61,817 nt of DNA, filler included, from 4 parts of 4 records of this genome joined end to end with filler, not necessarily neighbours in it, one strand, 5' to 3'. Positions 11,887 through 22,933 are shown, counted from the whole stretch's first letter. Numbers and translations: made by a program. The notes: generated by a model not told the origin, from the letters alone.

Positions 11887-12183
11887 TTAGCCGTTAATAC
11901 GGTCTTTCATGACCTGACTAGGCCGAAAAACGAGAACACGACGCGGGTCAATTGGTACTTCTTCACCAGTTTTAGGGTTGCGGCCCATGCGACCATTTTT
12001 CTGGCGGACAAGGAAGCTTCCAAAAGATGAAACTTTGACATTTTCACCACTAACCAAACAAGAAGCTACTTCTTCCAAAACAGACTCAACCAGGTCTGCA
12101 GATTCGTTACGAGACAAACCAACTTCTTCATAAATTGCTTCAGTTAGATCGGCGCGGGTTAATGTTGAACTACTCACGTGCAT
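11887..12183 (-). CDS. ihfA: Integration host factor subunit alpha
   Basis: [37 protein letters not shown]; exact start uncertain. Confidence 0.96.
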   Translation of the reverse strand: MHVSSSTLTRADLTEAIYEEVGLSRNESADLVESVLEEVASCLVSGENVKVSSFGSFLVRQKNGRMGRNPKTGEEVPIDPRRVLVFRPSQVMKDRING

Positions 12184-12326
12184 CCCCCTTCATGAAATTA
12201 GGCAGAACCTATAAAGATAAACGCTACTTTACCTGACCGTTAGAGTCAATTAGCACCACAGGCTTGACTAGAAAAAACACTAAATAGAAAGAGCTTACAG
12301 CTTGTTTCTATTCTATTTTTATAGAA

Positions 12327-13397
12327 TCAGGCTTTGATGTCAGGCTTATCAGTTACTGGTACAGGTTCATTGTCATCATCAAGGATAATATTTTGCAGAT
12401 TTTCACTAATCAAGCGAATCAGGTCATTTTGTGCCATATCGATCGCAGATGTTACGGCTGAAGAAAACCCATGCGCGTTGGCGCCACCATGGCTTTTCAT
12501 AACCAATCCGTTTAACCCAAGGAACACGCCGCCGTTATGGTTATTAGGGTCCATATGGTCCTTGAGAGACTTTAGGCCATGGCGAGCAAGTATATATCCC
12601 AATTTGGTCATGACTGTTGACTTGAAAGCACGCCCAAGAAGGTCAGTTACTAAACGAGCAGTACCCTCTGCAGTTTTCAAAGCAATATTACCGGTAAAAC
12701 CATCGGTTACCACCACATCAACAGCGCCTGTAGCAATATCGTTGCCTTCAACAAAACCTGTGAACTGCAACGGAAGATACGGGGAATTACGCAAAACATC
12801 GGCCGCAGCTTTTATGCTGTCTTTCCCTTTAAGGTCTTCAGTACCAACATTCAACAGCGCAACTGTAGGCTTGGAAAGCCCAAGTACTGTACTTGCATAA
12901 GCAGCACCCATGATAGAGAACTGCACAAGATTATTACTGTCACACTCCACGTTCGCGCCAAGATCAAGCATAACACTTTCTCCGCGCAACGTTGGCATGG
13001 GCGATACCAAGGCTGGTCGATCAATGCCCGGCATGGTTCGCAGCATGAACTTTGCCAAAGCCATAAGGGCACCCGTGTTGCCTGCCGAAATTGCAACATC
13101 AGCCACATCGTCTTTAACCGCCTGAATTGCCAGGCCCATAGAAGACTGACGGCCCCGCCGCAGTGCTTGCGATGGTTTATCGGTGCTTGAAACGACAGAA
13201 TCTGTATGAATAATTTCACTAGCTGCACGTAGTTCAGGATAATCTTCCAGCAGTGTCTTAATGATAACTTCATCACCAAAAATGTGGAATTTTGTATCAG
13301 GGAATAGTGTTCTTGCTTCGGCAATACCATCAATTACCATTTTAGGCGCATGGTCACCGCCCATGGCATCGACTGCAATTGTAATCTTTTTAGCCAC
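12327..13397 (-). CDS. plsX: Phosphate acyltransferase PlsX
   Basis: IAVDAMGGDHAP, SAGNTGALM, LDLGAN, VTDGFTGNIALKTAEG, KSHG. Confidence 0.98.
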   Translation of the reverse strand: MAKKITIAVDAMGGDHAPKMVIDGIAEARTLFPDTKFHIFGDEVIIKTLLEDYPELRAASEIIHTDSVVSSTDKPSQALRRGRQSSMGLAIQAVKDDVADVAISAGNTGALMALAKFMLRTMPGIDRPALVSPMPTLRGESVMLDLGANVECDSNNLVQFSIMGAAYASTVLGLSKPTVALLNVGTEDLKGKDSIKAAADVLRNSPYLPLQFTGFVEGNDIATGAVDVVVTDGFTGNIALKTAEGTARLVTDLLGRAFKSTVMTKLGYILARHGLKSLKDHMDPNNHNGGVFLGLNGLVMKSHGGANAHGFSSAVTSAIDMAQNDLIRLISENLQNIILDDDNEPVPVTDKPDIKA

Positions 13398-13505
13398 GCA
13401 GTTGTCCTAACCTAAAATACGATGTTAATTGCTTTTCAGAACTGTGAGCCTTCAGCGTTAAAATCGCTTAACTAACCGAAGACAATATAGAATATTCTAT
13501 TTAAC

Positions 13506-14054
13506 TCAAGATTTGTCGCGAAGTTTCGACAAAACTGCAAAAGGGTTGGGTTTTTCCTCCAACGCCTCATTTACGCTAACGCCCGGCCCGTTTGGCACCT
13601 TTATTTCGGCACCTTCTTGCTTAGGGTATGGGTTCATCAAAACCGATAAAGTCTGAGCAACCATATCCCCTACTGGAATAATTTGACCTTCAAAGGCATC
13701 GTAATCTGGTGTTTGAGGGTCTAAGTAGGCTTCATCCTGATCAAGCTCTTCGGCTTTCTCCGGGGAAACTAGCATCAGCTCAAAAGCTTCCGAAATTTCT
13801 TCGGGAACATCACCTAACGTAACAACGCATTGTTGAACCAAGTTTGCGCTGATCTTGCCCCGAATCCAAATGGCTTTTTCCTTCGGGTCAACAGATACTG
13901 AAACAGAAGCCATAAATTTATGCAGAGCAACCAGTTTAAACCGCTCTGCCAACTCAGTTAACTGGCCTTCTGGAGCAACTAGTTTATATACCCTTGGTTC
14001 TGTTTGCAGATCATCAACATCAAGTGAAAAGGAGAAATCTAAACTCTTAGTCAT
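13506..14054 (-). CDS. YceD/DUF177 family protein
   Basis: QQCVVTL, PYPK, C-terminal NPFAVLSKL; upstream of plsX. Confidence 0.9.
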   Translation of the reverse strand: MTKSLDFSFSLDVDDLQTEPRVYKLVAPEGQLTELAERFKLVALHKFMASVSVSVDPKEKAIWIRGKISANLVQQCVVTLGDVPEEISEAFELMLVSPEKAEELDQDEAYLDPQTPDYDAFEGQIIPVGDMVAQTLSVLMNPYPKQEGAEIKVPNGPGVSVNEALEEKPNPFAVLSKLRDKS

Positions 14055-14635
14055 GCGCCTTTTCCCTCCATATCAGCCCCCTGCACATTAGGGTTAAAAA
14101 TTGACTGACCAGCGCACCAAGTTGACGGGTCACGTTCTGCAATAGCTTTCATTTGGGCAACCAGATAACCAGCCAAAGCTTTTGCATCATTAGACTTTTC
14201 CAACCCTGCAATATTCCTGGACATAATTTCCATCAATTCAGCTTCAGTACTGTGTTCGTCGTCAGCATTCTCAAATGCTAATTTGTAAGACTGTGGCCTG
14301 CCTAGTAAAGCAGCCCCAACATTTTTCATTTGCTTACCAACACTCATGTCTCCAACACCCATTTCCCTGAGTGATCTGTCCATGTCGGTTATCAGAAGCT
14401 CTTGAAGGGTACGGCGCAATAAGACATTTTGCTCAGACTTGGAAAGCCAAATGTCAATTATGAATAAATGAAGCAAAATTAACTCAAAACGACCCTCAAC
14501 AGTATCCTCTACATTAAAAGGAGTTCCGTAAAAGAAAGGACTGCGTGCTTGCGAAACCAACTGCTGATACAAATCACGCGAATCCGCGTTAGCTTTTCGC
14601 TGTGCTTTTCTTTGAGCAATTAAATTACCAAACAT
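14051..14635 (-). CDS. Ubiquinol-cytochrome c chaperone (Cbp3/UQCC1 family)
   Basis: ARSPFFY..VEDTVEGRFELILLH, DMDRSLREMGVGDMSVGK. Confidence 0.92.
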   Translation of the reverse strand: MFGNLIAQRKAQRKANADSRDLYQQLVSQARSPFFYGTPFNVEDTVEGRFELILLHLFIIDIWLSKSEQNVLLRRTLQELLITDMDRSLREMGVGDMSVGKQMKNVGAALLGRPQSYKLAFENADDEHSTEAELMEIMSRNIAGLEKSNDAKALAGYLVAQMKAIAERDPSTWCAGQSIFNPNVQGADMEGKGA

Positions 14636-14818
14636 CGATCGTCCTTTTACCGCCACAATGATTTAATAAGAACTTGTAAGCTTACAAAACTACTTAAATG
14701 GTCGATAAACCTAAAATTTTGCAACGCCTTAACACGAGACCTTGCACTTAGCAATGCTGGCCGGTATTAAAGCGGATACGGTTTACCTACATATATATTA
14801 TTAGAAGTTGAAACAGTA

Positions 14819-15307
14819 ATGTCTTCTTTACCTGCCAAACAAATTCTCAAATACACTCTCATTGCTGGTACCGTCTTGACCACCTCAGCATGCGGTAATG
14901 GGCGCGCATTACGCGGTTATGTTTTTGACACAGAATTAGCAGATGCCATTCAACCAGGTGTTGACAACCGGGCTTCGGTGGAAACAACCCTTGGCACACC
15001 CACCATGAGGGCAACTTTTGATAATAATACTTGGTACTATATTTCTACAACCGTGCGCGTTCGTCCAATTTACTGGCCTGACGCACAAGCACACAGAGTT
15101 TTAGCCGTAAGTTTCAACGATAGTGGCGTCGTGTCAGACGTAAACAATCTTGGATTAGAAGACATGCGCGAAGTTGATAATGTTAAGGACAAAACAGCAA
15201 CTAAAGGGCGTAAGCTGAGTTTCTTTGAACAAATTTTCGGTAGTATCGGGCGCTTTGGCGGCCAAGCACCAGTGGGCGCTGACGGTGGCGCGGGGCCAAA
15301 CGGCTAA
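14819..15307 (+). CDS. bamE: Outer-membrane assembly lipoprotein BamE (SmpA/OmlA)
   Basis: Lipobox TSAC, LGTPT...WYYIS; divergent from the Cbp3-family gene as in other Alphaproteobacteria. Confidence 0.9.
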   Translation: MSSLPAKQILKYTLIAGTVLTTSACGNGRALRGYVFDTELADAIQPGVDNRASVETTLGTPTMRATFDNNTWYYISTTVRVRPIYWPDAQAHRVLAVSFNDSGVVSDVNNLGLEDMREVDNVKDKTATKGRKLSFFEQIFGSIGRFGGQAPVGADGGAGPNG

Positions 15308-15332
15308 GCCAGCGTAAATATAATCTAAGCGC

Positions 15333-15368
15333 AAAAAAAGCCCCGGCAGAACCGGGGCTTTATTATTT
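15333..15368. terminator. Bidirectional intrinsic terminator between bamE and hppA
   Basis: AAAAAAAGCCCCGG-CAGAA-CCGGGGCTTTATTATTT. Confidence 0.88.
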
Positions 15369-15382
15369 TAAGTAACGCTAGC

Positions 15383-17470
15383 TTAATGAGCAAGCATCGC
15401 CAACAGCAACAGTGCTACGATGTTGGTGATTTTAATCATTGGATTCACCGCAGGGCCAGCCGTGTCCTTGTATGGGTCACCAACGGTATCACCAGTAACA
15501 GCAGCTTTATGCGCCTCTGAACCTTTACCACCATGATTGCCATCTTCGATGTATTTCTTGGCATTATCCCAAGCACCACCACCGGCAGTCATGGAAATTG
15601 CAACAAATAAGCCACCCACAAGAACACCAACAAGTAGTGCACCAAGTGCAGCAAAGCCCGCAGCTTGTCCAGCAACCGCCGTAATCACATAGTAAACCAC
15701 GATAGGTGCCAAAATTGGCAACAAGCTTGGTACAATCATTTCACGGATGGCTGCTTTGGTCAGCAAATCAACGGACCGGGCATAATCAGGCTTTGATGTA
15801 CCTTTCATAATACCAGGATTGTTCTGGAATTGTTCACGAACCTCTTCAACCACAGCGCCGCCAGCTCGGCCTACAGCTGTCATACCCATAGCTGCAAACA
15901 AATAGGGCAACATGGCACCGAGGAACAAACCAACAATTACATATGGGTTTGAAAGATCAAAGTTCACAACCACGTCACCGAAATACTTATCTAGGTCTGC
16001 GGTATATGCACCAAACAACACTAGTGCCGCCAGACCAGCTGAACCAATTGCATAGCCTTTGGTAACCGCTTTAGTGGTGTTACCCACTGCGTCCAGTGCA
16101 TCTGTGCGCTCGCGAACTTCATCATCCAAGCCAGCCATTTCTGCGATGCCGCCAGCATTGTCTGTAACGGGGCCGTATGCATCAAGAGCGACAACCATTC
16201 CTGCAAGAGCCAACATTGCTGTAGCTGCAAAGCCAAGACCAATTACGCCAGCAAGTTGATAGGCTATGATTATGCCCGCACAAATAACAATTGTGGGCAA
16301 TGCGGTTGATTCTAGTGATATAGCCAAGCCTTGAATCACGTTTGTACCGTGGCCAGTTTCAGATGCTTTAGCGATGGACCTTACAGGGCGGTACTCCGTA
16401 CCAGTGTAATATTCAGTCAACCAAATAATAATACCCGTTACCACCAAACCAACTAGGCCGCAGTAGTATAAAGTACGCCCTGAAAACTCAGCGCCTGCAG
16501 CGGTGAAAGTTTTGGCCATATCGAAACCAAGAGCAAAGTCCATAGCGAACCACATAGCTACTGCAGACAGGGCGGCTGTTACGATGAAGCCCTTATAGAG
16601 CGCGCCCATGATGCTGTTATTACTGCCCAGCTTGACAAAATATGTTCCAATTATTGATGTAACAATGCACACACCGCCAATAATAAGCGGCAGCGACATA
16701 ATTTCTGCTGCACCGGTTGAAATAAACAATGCCGCAAGAACCATCGTTGCACCCATTGTTACAACATAGGTCTCAAACAGGTCAGCAGCCATACCAGCAC
16801 AATCACCAACGTTATCGCCAACATTATCCGCAATAACAGCGGGGTTCCGTGGATCGTCCTCTGGAATTCCAGCCTCAACCTTACCAACAAGGTCAGCACC
16901 AACATCGGCACCTTTAGTGAAGATACCACCACCCAAACGGGCAAAAATGGAGATCAAAGATGCCCCAAAACCCAAGGAAACAAGGCCTTCAATAACCAAT
17001 CGGTCAGTTTCAGGAATACCCATGGGGCCAGTAAGAACAGTGTAGAAACCAGCAATAGCCAATAGTGCTAAGCCCGCAACTAACATGCCTGTTACCGCAC
17101 CAGAACGGAATGCCAATGTCAGGCCTTCTTGCAAGCCTGTGCGTGCAGCCTCAGTAGTCCGCACATTTGCTTTCACAGAAATCAGCATGCCAATGTAGCC
17201 AGCTACGCCAGACAAGACCGCACCAATGATAAACCCTACGGCAGAAATACTGCCTAAAGCCAAAAACAGTGCAATTGTGACGACGACGCCTACAATAGCG
17301 ATGGTTCTATATTGCCGGTTCAAATAGGCTTGTGCGCCTTCTTGAATGGCAAGCGCAATTTCTTGCATTTTATCGTTGCCCGCACTCGCTGCCAAAATTT
17401 GACTACGCGTGACCACTCCATAAATTACGGCGAGCAAGCCGCAGGCTATGGAAATGTACAAAACGTCCAT
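15383..17470 (-). CDS. hppA: Membrane H+-translocating pyrophosphatase, K+-independent type
   Basis: [39 protein letters not shown] (Lys at the K+-site position), [10 protein letters not shown]. Confidence 0.95.
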   Translation of the reverse strand: MDVLYISIACGLLAVIYGVVTRSQILAASAGNDKMQEIALAIQEGAQAYLNRQYRTIAIVGVVVTIALFLALGSISAVGFIIGAVLSGVAGYIGMLISVKANVRTTEAARTGLQEGLTLAFRSGAVTGMLVAGLALLAIAGFYTVLTGPMGIPETDRLVIEGLVSLGFGASLISIFARLGGGIFTKGADVGADLVGKVEAGIPEDDPRNPAVIADNVGDNVGDCAGMAADLFETYVVTMGATMVLAALFISTGAAEIMSLPLIIGGVCIVTSIIGTYFVKLGSNNSIMGALYKGFIVTAALSAVAMWFAMDFALGFDMAKTFTAAGAEFSGRTLYYCGLVGLVVTGIIIWLTEYYTGTEYRPVRSIAKASETGHGTNVIQGLAISLESTALPTIVICAGIIIAYQLAGVIGLGFAATAMLALAGMVVALDAYGPVTDNAGGIAEMAGLDDEVRERTDALDAVGNTTKAVTKGYAIGSAGLAALVLFGAYTADLDKYFGDVVVNFDLSNPYVIVGLFLGAMLPYLFAAMGMTAVGRAGGAVVEEVREQFQNNPGIMKGTSKPDYARSVDLLTKAAIREMIVPSLLPILAPIVVYYVITAVAGQAAGFAALGALLVGVLVGGLFVAISMTAGGGAWDNAKKYIEDGNHGGKGSEAHKAAVTGDTVGDPYKDTAGPAVNPMIKITNIVALLLLAMLAH

Positions 17471-17676
17471 GGGAATCCCCTTCTAACTTAAAAACAAGAC
17501 TTATAGTTGATGACACGTCCCACTCATCAACTTGCCCCTAAAATTTGGCAGCTTTCATTCAACTGCTGGGCTACTCTAGAAACCATAATCCACGCTTGCA
17601 AGCCCGCAATTGGGTATATTTTGCAGAGAGATGGTTTTTCGAGAATTTCTTATGAGTTATAAGGGATATGTCTCAC

Positions 17677-18186
17677 TTAATTCGGTATTCGCATGGCCTC
17701 AACCACGGAAACATCCGCAACTGCATTTGAGCCAAGAACTTCATTGGCTTTTGACTTCAGTAATTGGGCTGTTTTTTCCATGTCCAACTGTTGAGAAGAG
17801 TCTTCTCTCATTAGGTTAGTGTTGCTGATTGCAGATATAAAGGCATGTTGCAATTGGGGCTCAGAGCGCCTAACCGCAATTAAATTATCGTCGCCGCGCA
17901 CCAGCACATCAATATTAATAAAGAAATTACCAATATAGCGGGATGAATTACCAGCACGAACATAAATAGGCACGGTAAGCCGCTCGAACCTTACTGCTTG
18001 CAGAGGTTCTTGGTTTTCTTTTTTTTGCTCGGAAGACACTTCTTCAGTATCTGATGCAATTTGGTCTTTCAAAAAATAGTAAGCCGCACCACCACCGATC
18101 AAGAGGCCACCAAGCAAACCAAGTACTAGCAAGCCCTTTGCAGAACCACCAGCTTCAACCTCAGTTTCTTTCGAACTTTGTGACAT
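17677..18186 (-). CDS. FliL-like single-pass membrane protein
   Basis: N-terminal TM ending GGGAAYYF, acidic linker, then a beta-rich domain with FliL-like pattern (P..Q.AF...I; LKSKANEVLG...V.DV.V). Confidence 0.65.
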   Translation of the reverse strand: MSQSSKETEVEAGGSAKGLLVLGLLGGLLIGGGAAYYFLKDQIASDTEEVSSEQKKENQEPLQAVRFERLTVPIYVRAGNSSRYIGNFFINIDVLVRGDDNLIAVRRSEPQLQHAFISAISNTNLMREDSSQQLDMEKTAQLLKSKANEVLGSNAVADVSVVEAMRIPN

Positions 18187-18203
18187 GAAAAGGCCCCCAA
18201 ATG

Positions 18204-19157
18204 TTAGAAATGTGTGTAACCCTCTACTGAGACTTGCACAATTTCTCCATCATTATCAAGTAATCGCACACCTTCACCATCAGTGACCTCCCCAATTAAG
18301 GTAACCGTGGTTCTGGTTTGTTGCGCCAACTTCATTATATTTTCTCTTTGTTTTTTTGAAGCGGTGAAAACCATTTGATAATCATCGCCGCCAGACCATA
18401 TTTTTGGTTGCAGCTTCTCGTTGAAGTTTAGCACTTCAATAGCTTGGGCGCATACAGGGATCTTATCCTGGTATAATCGCATGCCAACATCGGATGCCTC
18501 TGCAATATGGCGTGCATCTGCTAATAAACCATCCGAGATATCAGCAGAACTGTGGACCAATGCCCTACCCTGAGTACCGAATTGGCTGGGCGGCATAGGT
18601 TTTTGGTACGCAGAAACCAATATATCATGCTCTTCACGTGAATTTTCCAAACACCAAAGCCCCAGAGCAGCCTCGCCCATTGTGCCAGTAACATAGACAT
18701 CGTCTTTTAGTTTGGCCCCTGATCGTTTGATCATTTGCCCATGAGGCGCTTCGCCCAAAAGGGTCACACTAATAACTATGGGACCATTTGTGACTGTCGT
18801 ATCACCCCCTGCCAAGGCGCAGCCATAAAGCTCTTGCGCCTTGCGCAAACCGGCTGTGAACTGTTTTACCCAATCAGCGCCTTTGCTATTGGGTAAAGCC
18901 AGCCCCAGCCAATAAAATTTTGGTTCTGCCCCTTTGGCAACACAGTCTGACACATTTACAGCCAATGCTTTGTGACCAAGTGTTTCAACTGGATCACTGC
19001 TGCGAAAATGAACATTTTCGACCAACATGTCTTTTGTTGTGATTACATCTGTATTCGGCGAATAGGCTATGCAAGATGCATCGTCCAATAAAGCCAGGCC
19101 TTGAGGCCCTGCAAGTGGCTTAAAGTATTTTGATATAATTTCGAACTCACCGGTCAT
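18204..19157 (-). CDS. thiL: Thiamine-monophosphate kinase
   Basis: EFEII, DDA, DMLVENVHF, AVNVSDCVAKG, GGDT, DISDGL, GGDDY. Confidence 0.96.
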   Translation of the reverse strand: MTGEFEIISKYFKPLAGPQGLALLDDASCIAYSPNTDVITTKDMLVENVHFRSSDPVETLGHKALAVNVSDCVAKGAEPKFYWLGLALPNSKGADWVKQFTAGLRKAQELYGCALAGGDTTVTNGPIVISVTLLGEAPHGQMIKRSGAKLKDDVYVTGTMGEAALGLWCLENSREEHDILVSAYQKPMPPSQFGTQGRALVHSSADISDGLLADARHIAEASDVGMRLYQDKIPVCAQAIEVLNFNEKLQPKIWSGGDDYQMVFTASKKQRENIMKLAQQTRTTVTLIGEVTDGEGVRLLDNDGEIVQVSVEGYTHF

Positions 19158-19191
19158 AGTTTTACTAGACCTTTCAAAACGCCATTCATCT

Positions 19192-19656
19192 TTAGCGTAG
19201 TTCTTTTGCTAGCCTATCCAGAACACCGTTTATAAAGGAAGCTTCCGCGCGTTCATAGAACCCATGCGTGACGTCCACATACTCATTTATTATCACAGCC
19301 GTTGGAACATCAATACGGGCGACTAGTTCGTAGCATCCTGCAGATAATACGGCGATTAAAATTTTATCAACCCGTTCTATCGTCCAGTCTTTGTTTAAAT
19401 GGGCTGTAATTTTACCTCGCCATTCCTCCCGGCGATTCCATGCCCCTAACAGAATGTCTTCAAACAATGCAGCGTCAGCATCAACATACTGATCGCCTTC
19501 AATTTCCGCGCCTAGTCGATGCTCGATATATTCACGCACAACTTTATCAACATCTGGCTCATCAGCCATTAGCAATTGATAAAAAGCCTGCACGGCAGCA
19601 AGCCTTGACGCGCTTCTAGGTCCACCTTGCTTTTGTGCGCTGCGATCACGAGCCAT
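19192..19656 (-). CDS. nusB: Transcription antitermination factor NusB
   Basis: RSASRLAAVQAFYQ, VIINEYVDV, FINGVLD. Confidence 0.96.
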   Translation of the reverse strand: MARDRSAQKQGGPRSASRLAAVQAFYQLLMADEPDVDKVVREYIEHRLGAEIEGDQYVDADAALFEDILLGAWNRREEWRGKITAHLNKDWTIERVDKILIAVLSAGCYELVARIDVPTAVIINEYVDVTHGFYERAEASFINGVLDRLAKELR

Positions 19657-20099
19657 CAGAACTCAACTCCAAATTCTCGTTTTAAAGCAGCCATTCTGAG
19701 CGCTGCATTTGCAGCATCAGCGCCTTTGTTCTTCTTGCTTCTGTATGCACGAGCCCAAGCTTGTTCAAAATCTTCAACCGTAAGAATACCATTGCCAATA
19801 GCCATAAGGTCTTGAACGCCAAGGTCTTGGAGTGCACGTGCAGACTCGCCGCATACATAGTCATAATGGCTGGTTTCACCTCGGATGACACATCCTAGCG
19901 CAACATATCCATCATACGATTTGCTCGTACCAGCATCTGCCATTGAGATGGCAGCAGGAATTTCCAAAGCACCCGGAACCTCAACACGATCCCACGTTCC
20001 CCCTGCAGCCTCAATTGCTTCAATAGCGCCTGCAACAAGCTCATCGGCTATATCTGCATAAAATCGTGCTTCAACAATTAGTATATGTGGCTTAGCCAT
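19656..20099 (-). CDS. ribH: 6,7-dimethyl-8-ribityllumazine synthase
   Basis: VPGALEIP, LGCVIRGETSHYDYV, NKGADAA; ATG at 20099 preceded by GGAG. Confidence 0.97.
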   Translation of the reverse strand: MAKPHILIVEARFYADIADELVAGAIEAIEAAGGTWDRVEVPGALEIPAAISMADAGTSKSYDGYVALGCVIRGETSHYDYVCGESARALQDLGVQDLMAIGNGILTVEDFEQAWARAYRSKKNKGADAANAALRMAALKREFGVEF

Positions 20100-20122
20100 A
20101 ATGGCTCCATTCAATATCGGTA

Positions 20123-21226
20123 CTACAATTCGCCCGGAATTTCGCGTTGTTCTACAATGTCAAGGCCGTACCCTTCAAGCCCTACAATGTGGCTGGGAGA
20201 GTTTGTTAGCAATATCATGTGACCAACACCCAAATCTCTCAGAATTTGGGCGCCAATGCCATAGTCACGAAGCGTGCTTTGGCCTTTATCTTTCGTAGCT
20301 TCTTTTGTCACTTTTGACGGCCGCATACCGACCAATCCTGGAAACAAAACGACAACACCAGCGCCGTCTTTCTCAATTTCAGACATTGCTCTCTGCAATT
20401 GACCCGTTTTTGGATGGTCCATGCCCAGGATATCCTCAAACGGGTTAAGCGAGTGCATCCGAACAGCAACTGGTTTTTCAGGGCTAATTTTACCAAAAGA
20501 CAAAGCAACAGTTTCTTTTTGATCAGCGGTAGACTGATACACCGAAACATTCCATTCATATCCACTTTGCCGCGAAAGTTTACTTTCGCGAACACGCTCA
20601 ACAAGCGCATCATTTTTCAACCTGTAAGCAATAAGGTCACGAATTGTTGCGACTTTAAGTTTGTGCTCTTTGGCAAATTCTACCAAGTCAGGCAAGCGAG
20701 CCATCGTGCCGTCTTCATTCATAATTTCGCATATCACGGCCGAAGGGTTTAGTCCTGCAAGGCGCGATATATCAACCGCAGCTTCTGTATGACCGGCCCT
20801 AACAAGTACGCCCCCATCCCGAGCGACCAGCGGAAACACATGCCCTGGCGTAGCAAGGTCTTGCTTGCCTTTAGATGCATCAATTGCGACCGCTATAGTC
20901 CGGGCTCGGTCAGCAGCAGAAATGCCTGTTGTCACGCCGGTTTTAGCTTCAATAGCGACCGTAAAAGCGGTTTGATGACGCGCCTGATTGTTGCTGCTCA
21001 TCAGAGGTAAGTCTAGCTCTTCAACGCGGCGACTGCTTAACGGCAGGCAAATCAATCCCCGGCCATATTTTGCCATAAAATTAATGGCATCTGGCGTGGC
21101 CATTTGCGCAGGAATAATTAGATCGCCTTCATTTTCCCGGTCTTCATCATCAACCAAAATGAACATGCGGCCATTGCGTGCGTCTTCAATTACGTCCTCG
21201 ATGGGGGACAAAAAATCTTGTGGCAT
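20123..21226 (-). CDS. ribB: DHBP synthase with degenerate GTP cyclohydrolase II domain (RibBX-type)
   Basis: [39 protein letters not shown]-terminal domain keeps [11 protein letters not shown] but has no Zn-binding cysteines. Confidence 0.93.
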   Translation of the reverse strand: MPQDFLSPIEDVIEDARNGRMFILVDDEDRENEGDLIIPAQMATPDAINFMAKYGRGLICLPLSSRRVEELDLPLMSSNNQARHQTAFTVAIEAKTGVTTGISAADRARTIAVAIDASKGKQDLATPGHVFPLVARDGGVLVRAGHTEAAVDISRLAGLNPSAVICEIMNEDGTMARLPDLVEFAKEHKLKVATIRDLIAYRLKNDALVERVRESKLSRQSGYEWNVSVYQSTADQKETVALSFGKISPEKPVAVRMHSLNPFEDILGMDHPKTGQLQRAMSEIEKDGAGVVVLFPGLVGMRPSKVTKEATKDKGQSTLRDYGIGAQILRDLGVGHMILLTNSPSHIVGLEGYGLDIVEQREIPGEL

Positions 21227-21228
21227 AA

Positions 21229-21828
21229 CTACCCTTTAACCTGCAGACGCGCCACATAGCGAGCCAGTATATCAAATTCTATATTGACGCTATCGCCGCG
21301 TTTGCTGTTCCTGAAGCTGGTAACGGCTTGGGTATGCGGAATTAAATTTATCGAAAATTCTGCGCCAGACTGATTATCTGTAACCGAATTTATTGTAAGG
21401 GAAGCGCCGTCAATGGTTACGCTGCCTTTTTGAGCCACTAAATGTTTGTAATCTTCAGGAATTTGAATGTTCATGGCAATGGATTCATCTACTTGCTCGA
21501 AACGTGTAATAATACCGACGCAGTCCACATGGCCGGTTACAATATGGCCACCAAGTTCATCACCAATTTTCAAAGATCGCTCAAGATTAATCTCCGTACC
21601 CTCATGCCAATTGCCCAAATTTGTCACACGCAATGTTTCATGTGAAACATCAACCTTAAATGTATTTGTAGCCTTATCCACAACCGTCAAACATACACCA
21701 GAGCAAGCGATGGACGCGCCAATATCAACGGAAGTTAAGTCATAAGTGGTCTGCAGCGTGAATACCTTGTCAGCATCACCTGCCACAGCCATGACTTTTC
21801 CTACATCTGTAACAATTCCAGTAAACAT
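21229..21828 (-). CDS. ribE: Riboflavin synthase
   Basis: MFTGIV start, ACSGVCLTV, NLERSL, GGHIVTGHVD, IPHT. Confidence 0.97.
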   Translation of the reverse strand: MFTGIVTDVGKVMAVAGDADKVFTLQTTYDLTSVDIGASIACSGVCLTVVDKATNTFKVDVSHETLRVTNLGNWHEGTEINLERSLKIGDELGGHIVTGHVDCVGIITRFEQVDESIAMNIQIPEDYKHLVAQKGSVTIDGASLTINSVTDNQSGAEFSINLIPHTQAVTSFRNSKRGDSVNIEFDILARYVARLQVKG

Positions 21829-21837
21829 GGCCTTGAG

Positions 21838-22932
21838 TTACTCCGCCTTTCGATAGGTTGCAAGCATATCTGGACCCAATCTGCGAATTCCTGTGGGCGT
21901 GAAATGGGGCGCGTTTGGCAAAGAGGCAAGACCTAAATCGCCTACAGCCCCTAACCCATTGTTTCCAATAATTTTTCCAGCAGAAAAAACGTAAACATTA
22001 TCAATCAAACTCGCAGACAAGAAGCTTGCAGCCACTTGTGAACCCCCTTCAACCAAAACACTATTTATGCCTTTTTCACCTAAAGCCGATGCAACTTCAT
22101 CAAGATTATGCGGCGTTTCAACTTCAACAATATCTATATTTTCACTACTATACTTTTTTATATCAGCTCCAATCTTGGTAACAAGAATTGCTGGGCCTTC
22201 CCCTTCATGCATTTCAAACACCTTCGAACTCATTGGTGACCTTAAAGAGCTATCTAAAATGATGCGTGTAGGCGTTTTCGTTTCCATCCCAGGAATTCTG
22301 CATGTTAAACTTGGATCATCAGCAATTACCGTATTAGAACCAACCAAAATACTATCATGCTCAGCGCGTAAAATATGGCCAAAGCTTCTGGCGCATTCAC
22401 CGGTTATCCATTTACTATCGCCATTTGCTAGCGCAATTTTACCGTCAAGCGTTGAGGCTGTTTTCAGGCTGAAACTTGGCCTGCCTTTCTCCATACGAGA
22501 GAAAAAACCCTCATTAACACGACGGGCTTCTTGTTCAAGAACACCAGTAAACACTTCAATATTGGCGGCCTTTAGGGTTTCAATACCTCGGCCAGACACC
22601 CTTGGGTCAGGGTCACTAACAGCGCATACAACTTTTCTTACACCAGATTTTACGAGTGCTTCAGCGCAAGGCTGCGTTTTGCCAACATGGGCGCAAGGTT
22701 CAAGCGTTACATAGACAGTGGCCCCTATCGCCTCCGACCCTGCCTGATCAATTGCTTCAGTTTCAGCGTGTGGCCTACCGCCTGGCTGAGTCCAACCACG
22801 ACCAACTATGATTTCATCTTTAATAAGAACGCATCCAACAGCCGGATTAGGCGCAACATTTCCCAAGCCGCGCTTGGCCAGTCCCAAGGCAACACGCATC
22901 CACTTTTCATCAGTGTGGTGGACACGCGCCAA
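21838..22932 (-). CDS. ribD: Riboflavin biosynthesis deaminase/reductase RibD
   Basis: PNPAVGCV, HAE, TLEPCAH...PC, ASTLDGKIA, VLVEGG. Confidence 0.97.
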   Translation of the reverse strand: MARVHHTDEKWMRVALGLAKRGLGNVAPNPAVGCVLIKDEIIVGRGWTQPGGRPHAETEAIDQAGSEAIGATVYVTLEPCAHVGKTQPCAEALVKSGVRKVVCAVSDPDPRVSGRGIETLKAANIEVFTGVLEQEARRVNEGFFSRMEKGRPSFSLKTASTLDGKIALANGDSKWITGECARSFGHILRAEHDSILVGSNTVIADDPSLTCRIPGMETKTPTRIILDSSLRSPMSSKVFEMHEGEGPAILVTKIGADIKKYSSENIDIVEVETPHNLDEVASALGEKGINSVLVEGGSQVAASFLSASLIDNVYVFSAGKIIGNNGLGAVGDLGLASLPNAPHFTPTGIRRLGPDMLATYRKAE

Positions 22933-22933
22933 A

